Source: Oscillospiraceae bacterium (GTDB lineage: Bacteria; Bacillota; Clostridia; Oscillospirales; JAAYXM01). Taken from it: 64,000 bases of DNA. Positions 59,141 to 64,000 of this stretch are shown piece by piece. Each line of letters opens with the position of its first letter. The first letter of the stretch is position 1. Both the position numbers and the translations under genes were made by a program. The stretch is taken from the NCBI GenBank assembly GCA_017435965.1, contig JAFSEA010000027.1:21319-85318 (forward strand), read 5' to 3'. The notes beneath the pieces were generated by a model that had not been told where the DNA came from, ran no database searches, and worked only from the letters and a program-made list of their open reading frames with translations.

Positions 59141-59800
59141 TTAAGATTGAAATTTTTTTATCGCCATCACATACTTTTTTGCAAGTTCCTCTATTTTTGC
59201 AAAGTTGTTATTGCGTATTTTTTCCTTATCTACAATATTCGTACCTATTCCAAATCCGCAACATCCCACCTTAAAGTACTCTTCCATATTACTTTCATCT
59301 ACTCCGCCAACGCCAAGAAGTCTGACATGAGAAAGAGGAGCTTTCACAGCCTTGACATAACCTGCACCTATATTGGCAACAGGAAAAAGCTTGACAAAAT
59401 CCGCACCTGCCCTGTGAGCCGTTTGAATTTCCGTGGGGGTGAATGCACCCGGAATTGATACCATTCCCAGTTCGTTTGTTTCTCTTATTACTTCTGCATT
59501 TGTATCAGGAGATATTATGAAGCTGCCACCTGCCTCATGAGTAAGTTTTACCTGTGCCTCAGTAAGCACCGTTCCTGCACCGACTGTCATCTCCCCTTCA
59601 AAGCTTTTTGATATAAGAGAAATTTTTTCGGCAACAGCTTCATCACTTTCTTTTCCGTCAGCACTAAAGGTTACTTCAATCAAGCGTATTCCGCCATCAT
59701 GCATAGCCTGCACGAGAGGAATGATTTTAGCCTTTTCAACATTGCGAACTATAACAATTATCTTTTCTTCGATAATTTTTTGTATCACTTCATTTTTCAT
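59141..59800 (-). CDS. eda: KDPG/KHG aldolase
   Basis: IEVT, VGAGTVLT, FIISP, PGAFTPTE, VKLFP (Schiff-base lysine), GGV motifs. Confidence 0.93.
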   Translation of the reverse strand: MKNEVIQKIIEEKIIVIVRNVEKAKIIPLVQAMHDGGIRLIEVTFSADGKESDEAVAEKISLISKSFEGEMTVGAGTVLTEAQVKLTHEAGGSFIISPDTNAEVIRETNELGMVSIPGAFTPTEIQTAHRAGADFVKLFPVANIGAGYVKAVKAPLSHVRLLGVGGVDESNMEEYFKVGCCGFGIGTNIVDKEKIRNNNFAKIEELAKKYVMAIKKFQS

Positions 59801-59824
59801 ACCGTTCCCCCATTTTAATCTTGG

Positions 59825-61486
59825 TTAAATCCTCTTCAGTTCTCTGTATGCGGATGGTGAAACACCTTCAGCCTCTTTGAATATTTTAGAGAAATAACTG
59901 TCACTGCCAAAACCGCAAAGCCCGGTAATTTCGCTTATTTTTTTATCCGTGTTTACAAGAAGCTTTTTTGCGTATGTTATCTTGAGCTCTTTCTTGTAAT
60001 CGCCGATGGTTATTCCCGTCGTCTTTTTGAACAGATGACACATATAATGCATACTTATTCCGATTATTTTTGCCATATCTCCGACAGAAATATCTTCCGA
60101 AATATTTTCTTCTGCAATTCGCTTGATTTCATCGACAACGGGGGCTTCATTCTTATCTGAATCGGTCACGGAACGGACAAGTTCAATAATTGAATGAATA
60201 GTCTTTTTTCTGTCCGCCCCATCCGAGTCAAGGTGTTCGATAAGCTCGTCAAGCTTTGTAACATCAAGCATCTGCATATTGATACAGTTAATTTGATAAT
60301 GGTCAAAAATGAAAGAAACCACTTCACCATTGCTTTTGTCAAAAAGTCTTTCTGTCAATTCTCCCACGGAAAAGCGTTTTGCCTCTTCAAACGGATTTTT
60401 ATCTTCATATGCGTATTTTCCCAATTTTGAAATGATGCACTTAAGGCGGCTGTTTGGGTTAACAAGCTTGCCGCTGATTATGTCTTCTTCTGTTATTTTT
60501 GCATATAAAATTTCTCTCGCCGATGCATATACCTTATCCATACTGTCAAGATAGTTTCCTCTTTCTCTGTCATAAGTTATATAGATATATCCATCATCAG
60601 CTTCTTTTGCATCGGGATATGAAACATTTGTTCGTTCATCAATGAGAAGTTTATACTTCCATGTTTTGCACTCGTCTTCTGAAAGCATTGCAGTAAGATG
60701 GCTTCTGCCTGTAAAGTTAAAATGATTAACAAGAAGAATTCTTCCTGATTTTAAACGCGTTATAAAAAAGCGCGAGCAAGGTCCGCCAAGCTTTGAATCC
60801 TCACCTTTAGTCCATGTCTTACCACGGTCAAATGAGTATGAAACACCTATTCCGTAGGTTGTTCTTATAAACATTGCAAGCCTTCCGTCAAGAAGTTCAA
60901 TGATTTTATGTTCGTCAGCCGATCTCTTATCTATTTCTGCTCCGCCTAACTTCACAAAACTTTTGCCGTTATCTATTGATTTATAAGCAAATGGTCTTCT
61001 GTCCGAGTCTTCCTCAGGTGCTCTTCCCTCGACCGTGCTGAGATATGATGGCCATACACTTATCGGAAAAAGCCACTCTCCACTCGACAGGACACAGGGT
61101 TTATTCATCATAACATCTTTGCCTATCTTGAAAACTTCACTCCAAGAAAGCTCATCCGCATCCGGATTATCGCAAACGACTCCGTATACAGCAATATCAG
61201 GTGCACAAGACCATGTAAACCAAAGTCTTCCCAGAGGGTCAATCCAAAGGCATGAATCAAAGCATCTATAATTTTCTTTAAATGCTGCCGCAATAGGTTC
61301 ACCAAATTCTTTGCCATCATCAGATCTTAATAAAACAACAAAATTATTCAATTCTTCCTTTACTCCTCCGGAATAAAAAGTTGAATAAATCCTTCCACCT
61401 GAAGTTACCTCGATTCCCGGTATTCCTTGCCACATTCTGTATGAAGAACCAAACTTCTGTAATTCATTTTTATCTGTTATAAGCAT
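59825..61486 (-). CDS. sialidase/BNR beta-propeller fused to a C-terminal AraC HTH
   Basis: Asp boxes RSDDGKEF, SIDNGKSF, SFDRGKTW, SEDECKTW and VSYPD; C-terminal YMCHLFKKTTG...AKKLL...CGF...YFSKIFK...GVSPSAYR; one continuous 553-aa frame. Confidence 0.85.
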   Translation of the reverse strand: MLITDKNELQKFGSSYRMWQGIPGIEVTSGGRIYSTFYSGGVKEELNNFVVLLRSDDGKEFGEPIAAAFKENYRCFDSCLWIDPLGRLWFTWSCAPDIAVYGVVCDNPDADELSWSEVFKIGKDVMMNKPCVLSSGEWLFPISVWPSYLSTVEGRAPEEDSDRRPFAYKSIDNGKSFVKLGGAEIDKRSADEHKIIELLDGRLAMFIRTTYGIGVSYSFDRGKTWTKGEDSKLGGPCSRFFITRLKSGRILLVNHFNFTGRSHLTAMLSEDECKTWKYKLLIDERTNVSYPDAKEADDGYIYITYDRERGNYLDSMDKVYASAREILYAKITEEDIISGKLVNPNSRLKCIISKLGKYAYEDKNPFEEAKRFSVGELTERLFDKSNGEVVSFIFDHYQINCINMQMLDVTKLDELIEHLDSDGADRKKTIHSIIELVRSVTDSDKNEAPVVDEIKRIAEENISEDISVGDMAKIIGISMHYMCHLFKKTTGITIGDYKKELKITYAKKLLVNTDKKISEITGLCGFGSDSYFSKIFKEAEGVSPSAYRELKRI

Positions 61487-61645
61487 TTTTCAGACCCCTT
61501 TTACTTTTTTATTTAATTATATCAAAGAATATCAGGAAACGATATAATAATTTTGCTTTTTCAACAGATGTAAAATTATTGATTATTACCGGCATCCGTG
61601 CTACAATGTTAAGTATGAATTTAAAATGAATCGGAGGAATATAAA

Positions 61646-63151
61646 ATGGATTATCAGAAGCTTCGCAACGGCAGCGACATCAGAGGTGTTGCGCTCGACG
61701 GAATTGAAGGTCAGCCCATAACTCTTACAGAAAAGGTATGTCGTGATATCGGTCGCGGTTTTGCTCTCTGGATTATGAAAAAAAGCGGAAAGGACGAAAA
61801 TATCCGTGTTTCTGTAGGTCGTGACTCACGCCTTTCCGGTGAAAAGCTCTCAGGCTGGCTCTGCTCCGCTATGGCAGCGGAAGGCATCAAGGTCACCGAC
61901 TTTGGTATGGCAAGTACCCCTGCAATGTTTATGTCCACTATCACCGAGGGTTATGAATTTGACGGCTCTGTTATGATTACTGCAAGCCACCTCCCCTTTA
62001 ACCGCAACGGATTTAAGTTCTTCACAGCCGGCGGCGGTCTTGAAGGATCGGATATTAAGGAAATCCTCGCCTATGCAGAGAGCAATGAGAAAACCGGACT
62101 TTGTGGCGGTGAAATCGTAACAGGCGAGTTTATGGATACATATTCAAAAATTCTTGCCGACAAGATAAGAAGTGCAACAGGTCTTGAAAAGCCTCTTGAA
62201 GGCTTCAAGATTGTTGTGGATGCAGGAAATGGTGCAGGTGGCTTCTATGTTGATAAAGTGCTTGCTCCCCTCGGTGCCGACACAAGAGGAAGCCGATTCC
62301 TCGAGCCCGACGGTTCTTTCCCCAACCACATCCCCAACCCCGAAAACAAAGAGGCAATGGAAAGCATCACAGAAGCAGTACGTGAAGTCGGTGCTGATTT
62401 CGGAATTATATTCGATACAGACGTTGACCGTGCAGGTGCAGTTCTTTCCGATGGAAGTGAACTCAATCGCAACCGCATTATAGCAATGCTTTCTGCGATT
62501 CTTCTCCGTGAGCATCCCGGCACAACCATCGTTACAGACTCCATCACCTCAACGGGGCTTGCAAAGTTCATTGAGGAAAAGGGCGGAGTTCATCACCGCT
62601 TCAAGCGCGGCTACAGAAATGTTATAAACGAATCAATCCGTCTCAACAACGAAGGAAAAGACAGTCAGCTTGCAATTGAGACCTCGGGTCACGGTGCATT
62701 TAAAGAAAACTATTTCCTCGACGACGGCGCATACATCGTTACAAAGCTCCTCATTGAGCTTGCACGGGGAAAGAGCGAGGGATATACACTTGAATCTCTC
62801 ATCGCTTCTCTTGAAGAGCCTGCAGAGAGTGTTGAATTCCGCATGAACATTCTTCTTGATGATTTTAAGGCATATGGTCAGTCGGTTATTGATGAGCTTA
62901 CTGCATATGCAGAGAAGAAAGACAGCTGGTCACTTGCTCCGTCAAACTTTGAGGGTGTTCGTGTAAACCTTGATGAAAATCACGGCAACGGTTGGTTCTT
63001 ACTACGCTTATCTCTCCACGATCCGCTTCTTCCCCTCAACATTGAGAGCAACGAAGTCGGCGGTGCAAAGAAGATTGCAAAAGAGCTTTCAGAATTTATT
63101 GCAAGCTATGACAAGCTTGACAAGGCAGCACTTATTGATTTTTCAAAATAA
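61646..63151 (+). CDS. phosphomannomutase/phosphoglucomutase
   Basis: SDIRG, TASH (phospho-Ser), DTDVDR (metal loop), ETSGH motifs. Confidence 0.93.
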   Translation: MDYQKLRNGSDIRGVALDGIEGQPITLTEKVCRDIGRGFALWIMKKSGKDENIRVSVGRDSRLSGEKLSGWLCSAMAAEGIKVTDFGMASTPAMFMSTITEGYEFDGSVMITASHLPFNRNGFKFFTAGGGLEGSDIKEILAYAESNEKTGLCGGEIVTGEFMDTYSKILADKIRSATGLEKPLEGFKIVVDAGNGAGGFYVDKVLAPLGADTRGSRFLEPDGSFPNHIPNPENKEAMESITEAVREVGADFGIIFDTDVDRAGAVLSDGSELNRNRIIAMLSAILLREHPGTTIVTDSITSTGLAKFIEEKGGVHHRFKRGYRNVINESIRLNNEGKDSQLAIETSGHGAFKENYFLDDGAYIVTKLLIELARGKSEGYTLESLIASLEEPAESVEFRMNILLDDFKAYGQSVIDELTAYAEKKDSWSLAPSNFEGVRVNLDENHGNGWFLLRLSLHDPLLPLNIESNEVGGAKKIAKELSEFIASYDKLDKAALIDFSK

Positions 63152-63166
63152 CAAAGGGGTGATTTT

Positions 63167-64000
63167 ATGACTCTCAAACATTCACCCAAAGAGGAGCTTC
63201 GGATGTTTTATGAAACAGCCGACACGGATTGGATAGTCCGTGAGAGCAAAAAGCTCAACACCATTGAAGAGGGTCAGACTTTCAAGGAGTATGAAGAGTC
63301 TGCGAGATATGTGTATGACCTTCTCAAAAGTGAAGGCTTTGATGCGGAGCTTCTCACCTTTCCTGCCGACGGAAAAACCGTTTATCAGGACAAGCGCACT
63401 CCCCTTGCCTGGTCTGCAACAAGAGGAAAACTTACGGTCATAAGCTCTCCCATTGAATTTGAAAACCCCGTTATTGCCGATTTTGAGAAGATGCCCATTT
63501 CTCTTGTGAAACACTCGGTGTCAACTCCCGAAGGCGGAATCAAGGCACGACTTGTGTCGGAGGATGCGATGAAGACGGGGGCAGATTGCAAAGATGCAAT
63601 GATTCTTTTAAATCCCACCACCCGTGCAAGGTCTCCGATTATCACAGAGCTCCTTGACCGTGGTGCAATCGGATATGTAAGCTCACACCTTCCCGGTGCG
63701 AAGGACACCCCCGACTGCATAGAGTGGCAGAATGCCGCAACGGATGATACCATGCATTGGCACGTTCAATGCGAGGATCGTGATTTTATAGGTTTTTCCG
63801 TATCTCCCCGAATCGGCAGAAAGCTTCACGATGCGCTGAAATGCGGAAGCGTTGAAGTTCTTGTTGAGTCCGACGGAAAAAGATATGAGGACGAAATCCA
63901 CGCAGTTTCGGCTCTTATCCCCGGAAAGAGAAAAGAAGAAATCTGGATGATCGCCCATCTCTATGAGCCTTTTATTGCCGACAATTCCGCAAGCGTCATT
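63167..64000 (+). CDS. M28-like metallopeptidase with PA-type insert (DUF4910-like); partial
   Basis: Not in the ORF track (no stop in window). Open from ATG 63167 after GGGGTG; ends IPGKRKEEIWMIAHLYEPFIADNSASVI, resembling M28 Zn-ligand motifs. Confidence 0.6.
   Translation, partial: MTLKHSPKEELRMFYETADTDWIVRESKKLNTIEEGQTFKEYEESARYVYDLLKSEGFDAELLTFPADGKTVYQDKRTPLAWSATRGKLTVISSPIEFENPVIADFEKMPISLVKHSVSTPEGGIKARLVSEDAMKTGADCKDAMILLNPTTRARSPIITELLDRGAIGYVSSHLPGAKDTPDCIEWQNAATDDTMHWHVQCEDRDFIGFSVSPRIGRKLHDALKCGSVEVLVESDGKRYEDEIHAVSALIPGKRKEEIWMIAHLYEPFIADNSASVI

Noticed and set aside
1-64000. tRNA/rRNA genes, integrases, IS transposases, prophage genes
   Set aside because: None recognised by eye. 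tRNAscan-SE and ISEScan would be needed for formal exclusion.

Overview
Chromosomal window from a spore-forming, low-GC Gram-positive bacterium (Clostridia-like; SLH proteins, spoVG, CwlJ-like hydrolase, T-box). Most genes lie on the minus strand. In order it contains: a truncated Zn-ribbon/TPR/TIR gene missing from the ORF track; a 10-gene purE-C-F-M-N-(purO-like)-H-D-L-fhs operon under a ZMP/ZTP riboswitch; a murC operon ending in a YitT fusion with a PUA/EVE-like domain; a sugar ABC permease pair with an AraC regulator; housekeeping genes (trpS, T-box-proS, gltX, glnS); a dinJ-yafQ toxin-antitoxin module; and a ~17 kb glycan-utilisation locus (44.6-61.5 kb). That locus encodes a sialidase-AraC fusion, KDPG aldolase, a GH-like enzyme, an AraC regulator, and two secreted proteins sharing an unrecognised N-terminal module. 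The larger one is a 2912-aa SLH-anchored heparinase II/III-like protein carrying an in-frame GTAG-REP palindrome. No tRNA, rRNA, CRISPR array or transposase was seen. All family calls come from recognising motifs by eye, not from database searches.
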